47,985 bases of DNA from the NCBI RefSeq assembly GCF_001194135.2, contig NC_069003.1:22562999-22610983 (forward strand), written 5' to 3'. The notes below the pieces were generated by a model, which saw only the letters and a program-made list of their open reading frames with translations, had not been told where the DNA came from and did no database searches. Every line of letters begins with the position of its first letter. Within the stretch, counting starts at the first letter, position 1. This DNA is from Octopus bimaculoides (lineage: Eukaryota). A program made the translations under genes and the position numbers. Positions 1-11,633 of the stretch are shown here, piece by piece.

Positions 1-235
1 GGCACATAAAAGACACCATTTCGAGCGTGGCCGTTTTCGTGCGGGTGACACGTAAAAGCACCCACTACACTCTCTGAGTGGTTGGCGTTAGGAAGGGCAT
101 CCAGCTGTAGAAACTCTGCCAAATCAGACTGGAGCCTGGTGTTGCCATCCGGTTTCACCAGTCCTCAGTCAAATCGTCCAACCCATGCTAGCATGGAAAG
201 CAGACGTTAAACGATGATGATGATGATGATGATAA
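1..235 (+). mobile_element. 3' part of a young RTE-tail retroposon (SINE or RTE 3'UTR) ending in (GAT)n
   Basis: Nearly identical to 12610-12850(-), 24699-24975(+) and 47089-47405(+). Carries the GGTTGGCGTTAGGAAGGGCATCCAGCTGTAGAAAC motif and a GAT tail. A related tail is joined to RTE coding sequence at 10660-11633. Confidence 0.85.
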
Positions 236-1295
236 TGAATCTTCTAGCACATTTTCTGCAAGTAGTGAAGTTTTACATTGTTGATGAGGTGAGAATAAGA
301 ATGAAATATGCTTGTCGTTTGTCTCCTATACTCACCTGAAAAATACAAGCAACATTAGTCATTGACTAATGGATTTTTTTTTCTTTCTGCATATTTATTT
401 CTAGTTAATGCATCATGTATTATATAACTTACTGCTCACTTAACTATCTAGCTGTGCTGAGCTGTCAACCTTGCACCACTATAAATTGATTTTTGTCTAG
501 CATAATATTATACACATTTTATTAAGTAGTCAAATGTGGCTTTACTTCAGCCTTGATGTTAAAAAAAAATTATCATGTCAATCCTCATCTGGAGCTTAAA
601 AAAAGGCTCCTTGAAGACCTAATTTCATAGTGAAACTAAATACTTATGGACACAACTCCCTCTATTATCTGTCTGTCTCACGACATAATTATATCTCTAG
701 AAACATATTTAATGTAAGAATCATTAAAATGTAATGTGCATGGGGGGGGGGGGTGATGGTGGATAGAATATAGCATATTTAATGCTCCTTATGTTAAACA
801 CTAACTTAACTGTCTCAACGCATTTATTTCTAGTTATCATGTTTAATGCTCCTTTCATGAAACACATTAGCTCTAATTTAACTATATCTATTTCAAGCGC
901 ACATCTTTCCTTTCCATCTGTTAGGAGAATATGAATACAATCCAATTAGAATTGTTTAAAGTTAGTAACAAGTGATGCAGAAGAAAGAGTACGATGAATC
1001 ATTATTCTGTCATTTACCTATTAGCAGCACTTGTGTTAATTACACGTGAAGTCTACACAAGTGTACACAATACTGTCACTTGAACCAGGAACTTGGCTCT
1101 GTCTTGCTGTCTGCTGAGATACATGTTGAGAACAAGAAACTAAAAACAGTAGAAGCAGTTCTGATCACAGTGTTGTTTCACGAGAATTTACTGCTGCATG
1201 TATAATCTTCCTGCAGTGGCAGGGAGTACATGTGTGTTTACTGTGTGAGTCTACACATGTATATTATGGGTCTTTACACATATGATTTCTATGCA

Positions 1296-1687
1296 TCTTT
1301 TACTTGTTTGTCATTTGATTGTGGCCATGCTGGGGCACTGCTTTGAAGGGTTTTACTTGAACGAATCGACCCCAGGACTTATTTTTTTTTTGTAAGCCTG
1401 ATACTTGTTCTATTGGTCTCTTTCACCAAACCACTAAGTTACGGGGATGTAAACATACTAGCACTGGTTGTCAAGAGGTCATGGGAGACAAACACAGACA
1501 CAAAGACACACACACATATATACGGCAGGCTTCTTTCAGTTTCCATCTTCCAGATCCACTTACAATGTTTTGGTTGGCCCAAGGCTATAGTAGAAGACAC
1601 TTCTCCAATGTGCCATGCTGTGGGACTGAACTCAGAACCATGTGGTTGGGAAGCAAACTTCTTACCACACAGCCATGCCTGTGCCTG
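1296..1687 (-). mobile_element. tRNA-derived SINE with CORE-like domain (octopus OR-type), diverged
   Basis: Reverse complement of the family at 34051-34400 and 36986-37408: tRNA-like head, then a ...TTGGCCAAGGCTATAG... core and a GTAAAAGA tail. Confidence 0.8.
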
Positions 1688-2819
1688 TTCATTTTGGAAA
1701 TGAAGTTTTTTAGGAGCACGTTGAAAGTGTTTTCATTGACCACCATNNNNNNNNNNACCACACAGCCATGCCTGTGCCTGTTCATTTTGGAAATGAAGTT
1801 TTTTAGGAGCACGTTGACAGTGTTTTCATTGACCGCCATAAGTTTTAGGGGGTGCAAGTGTGGCACCCTCTATTCCCCCTCTTTCTGAGCTTATGAATAT
1901 AATGTGAATTACGAATATATAGGCACATTTTTGATAAAATGTAATGTGTATTGTATATATGTGTCTAGTGAATGTTTACCAAGATATTAGGCAAATAGCT
2001 AATAGGAAATATGTAATAAAATACAATTGCTGTTTAGCCTTGGGTCAACCATGACTATCTTGTCTTTATTTGAGTTATAGTATGTCTTGGGTTAGATTAT
2101 TCAATGTGTCCTTAAAATTTTTTAAATATGTGGTATGACGTGAAGGAGATTTAGCTGCTACTTTCAGAAGTTTGACTGCCATAAGTACCCAATCCCACTC
2201 ATTAATTTTTTGTTTAGTGAGCAAATATGTGATCAAAAGCATTTTAGTGGTGACTTTCCCGCTCTTTAGGATATCAGGCAATACACCCTTCCAATATGGA
2301 AGAGGGTAATCTGAGGGCAACATGGCTGCTCTATGTGGTCAGACAACCACACAGAGCAGAGAAACCACTTACTCATAAGAGCCGAATGAAATCTCTAAAA
2401 CGATTATATGAAATAAAAATGGCTGAATCTTTAAGTTGTGTACCTGTGAATGTATTAAAATCAAAAAGCTGTTATTTTCTGCAGCACAGGTTCTAACATT
2501 TTTGTTCCTGGTACTTGTGATGTAGAGGCCTCTCTTCATTGGTTTGATTTCTTCTAATGTTTCTGTTGTTCCTTAAGAATACCAGAGCTCTGCTTAAGTT
2601 CCATGTAACCTGTGAAAACTATCTTGAAAATTAGGTGAGCTGAGTACAGAATAAGTTATGTTTATTAATAGAACAACAGATGGAGGTTGACAAGATATTT
2701 TAAATGTTATGGTGTTAAGGCTTCATAAATAACTTGCTTAGCATTTGTTGGCATTTGTGTAGCAGATAGTATTGGCAACAGAGAAGAAATGTTTTCAATG
2801 AGTCACTGTTGTAGTTATT

Positions 2820-3045
2820 ATTGTTGTTTAACCCCAGGTTGTATAGCCTGTTTAGCAGTGATCAAGCAAACCTGTAATCAAAAGCATTGTAGCCATGACT
2901 GTCTTGTTTTTCTGTCTTCAGACACCATGTATCTGATACAATGTAGTCCTTGATATGTTTTAAGATGGCTAGATGTGATCTGAGGGAGAGCTGACTGTGG
3001 TATTTAGTAGATTGTGCAATTGTGTAGAAGCCTCTTCATCGGTTC
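2820..3045 (+). repeat. Old dispersed repeat family (AACCCCAGGTCAGCC...GATCAAAG...CCAGC..TGACCATC...), many decayed copies
   Basis: Related segments at about 2030-2190, 4355-4790, 5000-5070, 6040-6245, 20540-20700(-), 21040-21260(-), 22690-22860(-), 35370-35580 and 38600-38710. Boundaries are approximate. Confidence 0.6.
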
Positions 3046-3391
3046 CTATGCAGTAAATGTTTTACTGCTGCGTTCAATACGTGCATGTATGTTGAAGATA
3101 TGGATTCGTATTCTTTTGACCGTTACATAAAAAAATACAGTTTCATAGATACAGAAATAAATTTAACAAGTTGAAAAAAATTAGCAAAAGGAAATAAATT
3201 TCTACATTAATTTATTTATGTACATTTGGCATTAATAGAGCAATTAAAAAGTAAAGTCATTTTGTCGAAGAGAATTACGACTTAAAATTTACACTAACTA
3301 ATCTTTCATTCTAACTGCTAGAGTTCACAACAATTCAATATTGTCGGATTTGAGTATTGAACATAGCATAAATATTAGCCGATACTCAAGA

Positions 3392-4116
3392 GGGTGAGTG
3401 TCGTGGATTTGAGTTACAGTCCAACGATCACTTGAGAGTGAGTGTCGGGGATTTGAGTGGCAGTCCAACGATCACTTTAGAGTGAGTGTCGTGGATTTGA
3501 GTGGCAGTCCAACGATCACTTGAGAGTGAGTGTCGTGGATTTGAGTGGCAGTCCAACGATCACTTGAGAGTGAGTGTCGTGGATTTGAGTGGCAGTCCAA
3601 CGATCACTTGAGAGTNNNNNNNNNNNNNNNNNNNNNNNNNNNNNNNNNNNNNNNNNNNNNNNNNNNNNNNNNNNNNNNNNNNNNNNNNNNNNNNNNNNNN
3701 NNNNNNNNNNNNNNNNNNNNNNNNNNNNNNNNNNNNNNNNNNNNNNNNNNNNNNNNNNNNNNNNNNNNNNNNNNNNNNNNNNNNNNNNNNNNNNNNNNNN
3801 NNNNNNNNNNNNNNNNNNNNNNNNNNNNNNNNNNNNNNNNNNNNNNNNNNNNNNNNNNNNNNNNNNNNNNNNNNNNNNNNNNNNNNNNNNNNNNNNNNNN
3901 NNNNNNNNNNNNNNNNNNNNNNNNNNNNNNNNNNNNNNNNNNNNNNNNNNNNNNNNNNNNNNNNNNNNNNNNNNNNNNNNNNNNNNNNNNNNNNNNNNNN
4001 NNNNNNNNNNNNNNNNNNNNNNTAGAGTGAGTGTCGTGGATTTGAGTGGCAGTCCAACGATCACTTGAGAGTGAGTGTCGTGGATTTGAGTGGCAGTCCA
4101 ACGATCACTGGAGAGT
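3392..4116. repeat. 44-bp tandem minisatellite (GAGAGTGAGTGTCGTGGATTTGAGTGGCAGTCCAACGATCACTT)n spanning a gap
   Basis: About 5 units before and about 2 after the N run at 3616-4022. Exact 44-bp period, near-identical units, no spacers. Confidence 0.95.
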
Positions 4117-5290
4117 TTCCCAAAAATCAGGGTTTTTATAACTGCTCATACACGAATTCTAGAACCGTACTTCGTGAAATATTTCTTTAATGAAAGTTCA
4201 GAATTCATACATGGGCAGTGATTTTCAACCAATGAGAAATCAATAATTTCTCCTGTCCGGGCAAACGAACCTATGTTCTCTCTCCGCCTCTTATGAGTTT
4301 GCTACACTGCATTTATGTGGTGAAACTGAATTCAAAGGAATCAATTTGTTGTTTAGTTCCATATCAGCCTTGATCCAGCCAAGATATGGTCAAATATATC
4401 TCATCCATCACCATCTCATATTCACACATTTAGGACTACATTATTTACTGTATCCATTGTCATAGTTATTCTTTTCGGTCATCCATGATCCAGCAATGGT
4501 CAAATATATTCCAGCTGTGACCTTCTTGTTTTTTTTTTTTATTCAGACAGTGTACTTATGACTACATTATCAAATGTGCCCTTTTTTTTATTACTTTTAT
4601 TGTTGTTTACTCCCAGGTCAGCCATGATCCACAGGCCTCTGATCAAAGGTGTTTCAGCTATGATCATCCCCTTTTATTTTCTGACATAGCATAATGTACC
4701 TTGGGCTACATTATCTAATGTGTGATTTAAGGACATGTAGCTTCTGTTTGTAATTGATTGAATGACCATGTAGAGGGCCCCTTGTTTATCTAAAGGACTA
4801 AAGTTTGTTATAGTTTTGTTGTACACATGACAACTGGGTGTTAAGGGCTGATTGTCAGGTTTGCTAATTAAGAAATTGGTTCTTTTCTTGATGTGGTTTA
4901 GAAAGCTGATAATCTAAATAAGTTGAATATTCAAGAATCAATTATTCTGATTTTTTTTTAAACACTTCAAAACTAGTGTAGAGAATTCTTGACTAATCCC
5001 AGGTCAATCCTAATCCAGCAGAATGATGATGAAAACCATTTCAGCTGTGACCATCCTGTAATTCTTTTTAATAGTTAAGATAGAGGAGATATGGTAGTGC
5101 CCCATAATCCCTTTTAGGGCTTCTATGACTGGTGGGAGGAATGGAGGAAGGTATCCATAAACTAGAAACTTAACCTGAATGATTGTATCAGAGTAGACTT
5201 TGCTAAAGGTACCCAAGGGCTAATGTTAACCCATGTAGTGGATTAAGTCTACCCACCTGGCTGAGAGACTGCATTGTTCAATGTAATTTT

Positions 5291-5850
5291 ATACCTTTAG
5301 TATTCAGATTACTCTGTCAAATATGTAAAAGGACAAAACCCCTTTCAATCATGAATTTTTATGGGATTGCACCTAGAAAGTTACCCTTCAAGGCACAAGT
5401 CTGGGGAAGGTTGTTCATGGAAGACCAGCAGTTGCCCATACATACCAGCCTCCCCTCTCCACGCCACTGATATTATCCAAGGGAAAGGCAAAGGTCACCA
5501 CAGCTTGGTATTGGTGACACTACAACTCATTTCCACAGCTGAGTGAAGTGGAGTGATGTGAAATAAAGTGTCTTGCTCAAGAACACAACACACAGCCCAA
5601 TCTGGGAATCGAACTTACTATATCATGATTGTGAGACTGACACTCTAACCATTGAACCATGCACCTTCATGTCAAATGGAATGCTTATGTATTCACATCC
5701 TTTTAAATTAATCATGCATTATTTCATAGCTTTGAGATTTCAATGATGAAATTGCTTATTTGTAAAACGACATTGTAGGGTAGGTGTGAAAGGCCAGCTC
5801 TGACCAATTTGCAGAGAAAGCAGGTTGAATATTTTGGCCAGATGGTTGGC
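5291..5850. mobile_element. Decayed TTAA-type MITE split by a nested tRNA-derived SINE (about 5325-5670, minus strand)
   Basis: MITE start CCTTTAGTATTCAGATTACTCTGTCAAAT resumes at about 5671 (GTCAAATGGAATGCTTATGTATTCAC...). TGTCAAAT occurs on both sides of the insert. The insert has a reversed tRNA head and a CTTGAGCAAGACACTT core. Confidence 0.65.
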
Positions 5851-6800
5851 TGTATGTGTCTGGAGGGAAATGTGTTTGCTATTTCTAGCTATGCTTGATT
5901 AATTGACTGTGTAGAGGTTTCCTCATTCAGTTGAATGATTAGTAACTAGAACTGGTCGGTTAGTGATTGCCTGTAGTGGCATAAATTGGATTTGAAATAT
6001 ATAAAAAGCAAAATGATTAAAAATCTATGTTTTATTGTTGTTGTATAGCCCTAGGTTAGTCCTAATCACACAGACTATGATCAGATGCAATTCCAGATAT
6101 GGTCATCCCATCTTTTCCACAAGACGTAGTGAAATATAGGATGGCATTATCTAATATATCCTTCCCTATTTTTAAATAGTAGAGCAAGTAGAAATCTCAC
6201 TATTGCTATTTCTAGCTGATCAAATGATCACATAGATGCTCTCTTGTCTCAGAGAGTAAAATCTTAGATGTAGGAAGTTTGCATGGCATTAGAAAGCTAA
6301 AGGACATCACTGTCTACCCCTGGTTAGTAATGTCAGTCTATTACTGGTAGGTTTCAATTCAGAACATTTTGTCCGTTGTGTTATATCACTACTATTTACA
6401 GTGGTTCAGTTGTACTACTTCCTCGTTCAATAATGTCTTAGATATATCTAGAAACAGGAAACAATTGTCATAGTTGTAATGCTTTTGATTACAAAACTTA
6501 CTTAAGGTTAACTAATCATTGGGTAACGAAGTCGTTGATATAGTATGGGAAAATAAGATTGGGATGGTCTTTGACTTTAGTTTTACTTAGAATTGACTTG
6601 TAGCTAAACAACTGCAACAAAGGGAAAACACATGCAATAATGTAGGTCTGGCTATATTGTGCCTGAAAAGGTAGGATGAGAGTTCAGGATTGAAATACCT
6701 TTTTCTGAAGGTGTGTTAGATCAGGGCTGCCTTGTAACCCAACAAAAACTGCTATACACATTGATATAGCACACATGCATTGTTTTATCTATCTCATTAA

Positions 6801-7009
6801 CCCTTTAACATTCAGATTTCTCTTTTAAATGTAATGATTATTTATTCAGTTGTTTAGAATTAATCATACATTATCTTATAGCTCTGAGATTTCAATGATG
6901 TGATTGGTTATTTTTAGAGGGCAGGAGTGAGAGGATGAATATGGCCAGATTGAACATAAAACGATTAGAATATTTGGGCCAGATATGACCGGGTTTAAAT
7001 GCTAAAGGG
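6801..7009 (+). mobile_element. piggyBac-type non-autonomous MITE (209 bp)
   Basis: TTAA at 6797-6800 and 7010-7013. TIRs CCCTTTAACATT and AATGCTAAAGGG. Other copies at 22420-22638 and 33123-33335. Confidence 0.85.
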
Positions 7010-7194
7010 TTAAATATAATTTCCTTCTGTTTTGATAACATATTAATTATCAATATAGTCAATACAGTCCATTGTGGCTACTGAAGAGATGAAAATGTTC
7101 TTTTATAATTAGAGACTACAGCTTTTTCAAATCCTCCAGTGTTCCATTAGTTTTTAGCTCTAAACGACAGGCTGCTCCAATAAATAATTTGCAG

Positions 7195-7283
7195 TATATG
7201 TTCTTGTGCAGAAGAAAAATGGCAAGAATGTAATGATGAATTTGGTGATATTGATATTTTTGTAGGAGTCTTTCTTACATATG
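7195..7283 (+). CDS. Weak candidate coding exon (ICSCAEEKWQECNDEFGDIDIFVGVFLTY-G)
   Basis: AATTTGCAG acceptor and ATG|GTAATG donor; open frame ends in phase 1. The polypyrimidine tract is poor and two minus-strand frames are also open here. Confidence 0.2.
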
Positions 7284-7346
7284 GTAATGCATTCAGTCGG
7301 ACAATTTTGAAGAGAGAGAAAATGGCTGTTGGAGGAAAGATGTTGA

Positions 7347-7352
<6 letters not shown>

Positions 7353-7413
<61 letters not shown>
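7353..7413. repeat. (TG)n(AG)n microsatellite
   Basis: Read directly from the sequence. Confidence 0.95.
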
Positions 7414-7414
<1 letters not shown>

Positions 7415-7714
7415 TAAAGTAGAGGAAGAATGCTCAGTTGTGTTGTATTGAGAGAGAGCCACTTTAAAAGTGTGTCATATATAAGCACAGGCTTGATTAT
7501 GCTATGGTTAAAATGTTTGTTTTGCAACCATGTGATTCTGAGTTCAATCCCATTGCATGACATCTTGAGAAAATTGTCTTTTACCACTTTTGATAGGTAA
7601 GCCCATCAAAAATGAGGATGTCAGTATGTAAATACATCCATCCATCCATCCATACATGCATGTGTGTATTTATGCATGCGTATATATCTGTGTGTGTATA
7701 TATGTTTGTATATC

Positions 7715-8060
7715 TTTTATCTTTCAGTCATTGGACTGTGGCCATGCTGGTGTATTGCCTTGAAGAGTTTTAGTCAAACAAATTGACCCTAGTACTTATT
7801 TTTTAAAGTCTGGTACTTATCCTGTTGGTCTCTTTTGTCAAACTATGAAGTAATGGGGATGTAAACAAACCAACTCTGGTTGTGAAATGGTGGTGGGAGA
7901 TAAACACAAAGAACTCCCACTACCACATACATGCTGGGCTTCTTTCAGTTTCCATCTACCAGATCCACTTACAGGGTTTTGGTTGACTTGAGGCTTTAGT
8001 GAAAAGCATTTGCCCAAGGTCTAGGCAGTGGGACTGATCCCAGAAACATGTGGTCAGGAG
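7715..8060 (-). mobile_element. OR-type tRNA SINE, diverged
   Basis: Reverse complement similarity to 34051-34400. Confidence 0.75.
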
Positions 8061-8452
8061 ACCAGACCCATAAATCAGTGCCTTGGAATAAAGTCCCTTG
8101 TGATATTGGTTTTCCTTTACATACAAAGACAGTCCTTTGTCATGTCAGTCCTCTTGCTATTGCAAATTCAATGAGCCTGTGATTGATCCATCAGAGACCT
8201 GGAATGAAGGAATGTTTTTGTTTAAAAAAATATATTATAAATGTGCTGATATGGTTTTTCATTCCTGTTTTACATATATTGTTTATATCTTTAGGAGGTG
8301 TTTTTAATAGTTTTCACAAAAATTGTAAGCATTCAGGCCATACAAGAGAGACTAGCTTCATCAATTTCACAAGTGCACGAGGGTCTGGAAAGATCATTGG
8401 TACTACACTTCCCCTCCTCGCTAACTTACATTTAGAATAAAACTTTTTGCAG

Positions 8453-8494
8453 ATCAATTGAACACTTTAATTAGACATTCAAAAATACTAGTAG
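8453..8494 (+). CDS. Candidate 42-nt phase 1-1 exon (xQLNTLIRHSKILVG)
   Basis: Branch-like CTAAC at 8421-8425, TTTTTGCAG acceptor, strong TAG|GTGAGC donor. Length is divisible by 3 and only the phase-1 frame is open. Confidence 0.35.
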
Positions 8495-8751
8495 GTGAGC
8501 AGGTTGCTTGCTTTGTATATTATTCGAACAATACTCCATTTTATGTAGAGAATAATTTGTTTTCCAAAGACTGTTATTAAAAGTATGAATTATCTATTAA
8601 ATGTTAATTAAGCATTATCTATTAAATGTTAATTTAACAGGTCAAAATACGTATTAGTTTTATTTGTTTGTATTTCTATAAATTTTTATATACAACATTA
8701 TATAGAATAAACCGTAGACAAGAAATTTTGACAATATCATCTTGAGAAATA

Positions 8752-10023
8752 TTGGGTCATCCCATATATAATGCAGTTTTTCTATACTTCTTCTATTTTT
8801 CAAAATTAAGATAAAGTTCTTTTTTAATCTAAAATATACTCTCTTTCATTTTCTACAATGCTCTTCCATTTATCTGGTAGACTTGCAAGGCCCCTCTTCC
8901 AAAATTCACTTGTTCATGATGAAAAATACTCGTCCAGTACTGTTCTGACCTTGTTTACAGAATTTGTATTTTTTCTGTCCAAATGGTTTTGAAGACTGTG
9001 GAATATATTATAATCAGATGTCCAGCAAATACGGTGGGTGGGGCATCATTTCCCATTCAAACTGCTCCAGCCTTTGGAATGTCATCCTCACTGTATGTGG
9101 CCGAGCATTATCTTGATGGAAGAACACCTTTCGTCTTGAAACCAAAGATGGTTGTTTTCCTTCTAGTTCTGACTTAAACCGCTCAAACAGCTCACAGTAG
9201 ATCTCCTTTGTTATCATTTGGTTTGGGTTTAAAAGTTCGAAGTACACTAAACCTTCCATATCCCACCAAACAGATAACAACACCTTACATAGGTGAAGAC
9301 CTTCTTTAGCCTGAGGTGCTGGTGTTTCTCTGTTCCCTACTCACTGTCTTTGGCAATTGATATTTTTATAGAGAACCCATTTCTCATCACCAGTGACTAT
9401 TTGGTCGAAAATGGTTCATTCGTGAGATGTGACAGTAAAGAAGAGCACACATTCACTCTCTGCGCGCAATTGGACTCAGAAAGTTTGTGATGAACCCATT
9501 GACTCAATTTTCTGACTTTTCCAATGGTACACAGGTGTCAATGAATGATTGAATAATGAAATCCAAGCTTCTCTGCTAGTTCCTCAACATTTATGATGGG
9601 ATTTTGTTCCACCATGGTTTGCAGGATGTCCTTGTCAAGCTCTACAGATCTTCCAAGATGAGGCTCATCTTCTAGGCTATAGTTTCTGGCTTGAAATTTC
9701 TGGAACCACTGTTGACACTGGCTTATGCTTATTGTCTGATCCCCATATGCTGCATTAATATTCCTTGCACTTTCTGTTCATTGTGGCTTTTATTGAACTT
9801 GTAAAGCAAAATATGCCGAATATGTTCCTTTGTCTCTTCCATTTTAGATTTGAAAAATTAACTTAAGATCGAACTGCACTCTTCAAAACTTGTACTAAGA
9901 ATAAGGACAAGGTAAAATTGCTACCTGCTTTTATAGCAAGTTGATGCAGGTAGTTTATCCCATCCCCCTTCGACTTTTAATTCATGCAATTGAAAAAACT
10001 GCATTATTTATGGGATGACCCAA
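8752..10023 (-). mobile_element. Full-length (1272 bp) decayed mariner transposon, D,D34D transposase pseudogene
   Basis: TIRs TTGGGTCATCCCATA...TGCAGTTTTT at both ends with flanking TA (8750-8751, 10024-10025). Minus-strand motifs LEDEPHLGRS, WWDMEG, FHQDNARPH, HPPY. Multiple stops and frameshifts. Confidence 0.95.
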
Positions 10024-10633
10024 TATATGTGTGTGTCTGTGTACATACATAGAAAAAGAGAGTGAGAGAGAGTGAGGGTTGTGAATGAAACCAGAAGTTA
10101 CAAGGCAGACAGATTTGACAAAAAGTATTATAGCAATTAGTAAGCATCACAAATATTAACATTCTCTCCATCCATTTTTAAATTTTTTTATTTGGTGATA
10201 ATCAAATATCATTGGCTTTGGGAGATTTAATTTTGTAATTGTCTACTTGCTTTCATCTGGGATCTGACTGAAGCCGAAGAAAATTTGGAATGAATTCAAG
10301 TTTTTAGTGAAATTTCTGAATGAAGATAGAAGCAGGGTTAAGGAAAAACTGGATCTCTTGGGAGCTTTTGTTGTTTATTGATGTAATTTTGAATGAGTGC
10401 CATTGATGAAAAATAAAAGTAAACTAATTTAAGAGATGTCAGTTAGTCAGTTAGATTTAGAAGGTTCAAAATGGATATGGAAAAGACAGTGATGTGTAAA
10501 GCAGGTTGAGAATTTGATTCAAATTCTCCATGCCAAGAGATGCCAGTGACGATTATGTGAAGCAAGTTAAAAACAGACTTGCTGATGATGTTGAATACAA
10601 ATAAAATATTGTACTTCCACTTTGCAAGATCAA

Positions 10634-10683
10634 TATATATATATATATATATATATATATCATCATCATCATCATCATCATCA
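10634..10683. repeat. (TA)n(TCA)n microsatellite (tail of the RTE copy)
   Basis: Read directly from the sequence. Confidence 0.9.
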
Positions 10684-11633
10684 TTGTTGTTTAACATCTG
10701 CTTTCCATGCGAGCATGGGTTGAACAGTTTGACATGGAGTCAGCCAGCTGGGAGCTGTCCAAACTCCAATTGTCTGTTGTGGCATGGTTTCTATGGCTGG
10801 ATGCCCTTCCTTATGCGAACTGCTTAACAGTGTGCTGGATGCTTTCGACATGCCACTGGCATGGGTGTATTTATGCAGCACCAGCATGGATGCTTTTTAT
10901 GTGGCACCAGCACCAGAAAGGACAAGCCTGTATGTGCGGAAGACAGCGATTTTACTTTGCTTGACGCATACAGAAAATTTCTACATCTCCTGGTACCTTG
11001 TCATTTCCTCAGTGAAGCCCAGCATCTGAAGATCCTTCTTACCACTTTGTCCCATGTCTTCCTGGGTTTACTCCTTCCAAAGGTACCCTCCCCTATTAGG
11101 GCTCAGCACTCCTTTACACAACTGTCCTCATCCATATGCATCACATGACCAGTGCAGTCTTCTCTCTTGCACACAACATCTGATGCCTCTTGTACCCAGT
11201 TTTCCTCTTAAATCATTTACACTCTTTCATGCATGCACATTAACACTACCCATCCAGCAGAGCATGCTAGCTTGCAAGTCCTCTGTAGTCAAAGCCCACA
11301 TTTCACTGCCATGTAACATAACTGTCCATATACGGGCATCATGCAATCTGCCTTTCGCTCTGAGAGAGAGAGGCCCTTAATTACCAACAAAAGTAGAAGC
11401 TCTCTGAACTTTACTCAGCCCATTCTTATCCTGGCAACTACACTTTCAGAACTCCCTCCCCCACTGCTAACTTGGTCTCCTAGGTAACAGAAGCTATCTA
11501 CTATTTCTAATGATCCCCCCGAGCATTTGAGGGAGTCTGTTGTCTGCACATTTTTAGTTCGTATTGTACCTGCACATTTGCCATACACAAAGACTGTATT
11601 CTCTTTTAACCTTCCTGTGATACTGCTACACAT
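10660..11633 (-). mobile_element. 5'-truncated RTE-clade LINE: C-terminal RT region plus 3'UTR
   Basis: Minus ORF LEIVDSFCYLGDQVSSGGGSSESVVARIRMG is typical of the RTE post-RT region. It continues into decayed coding sequence and the (GAT)n 3'UTR shared with the SINE-like copies. Confidence 0.9.

Noticed and set aside
1018-1140. Minus-strand exon with a TAG|GTAAAT donor
   Set aside because: All three frames contain stops before the donor; at most non-coding, and unsupported.
1667-1836. ~80-bp tandem duplication
   Set aside because: The copies flank a 10-N gap and are near identical, typical of unmerged overlapping contig ends.
3392-4116. CRISPR array
   Set aside because: Units are head-to-tail with no unique spacers, there are no cas genes, and the context is eukaryotic.
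8453-8494. Resemblance of LIRHSKILVG to MGAT5 (LLRETKLFVG)
   Set aside because: Too short, and the downstream sequence does not continue as LGFPYEGP; no gene symbol assigned.
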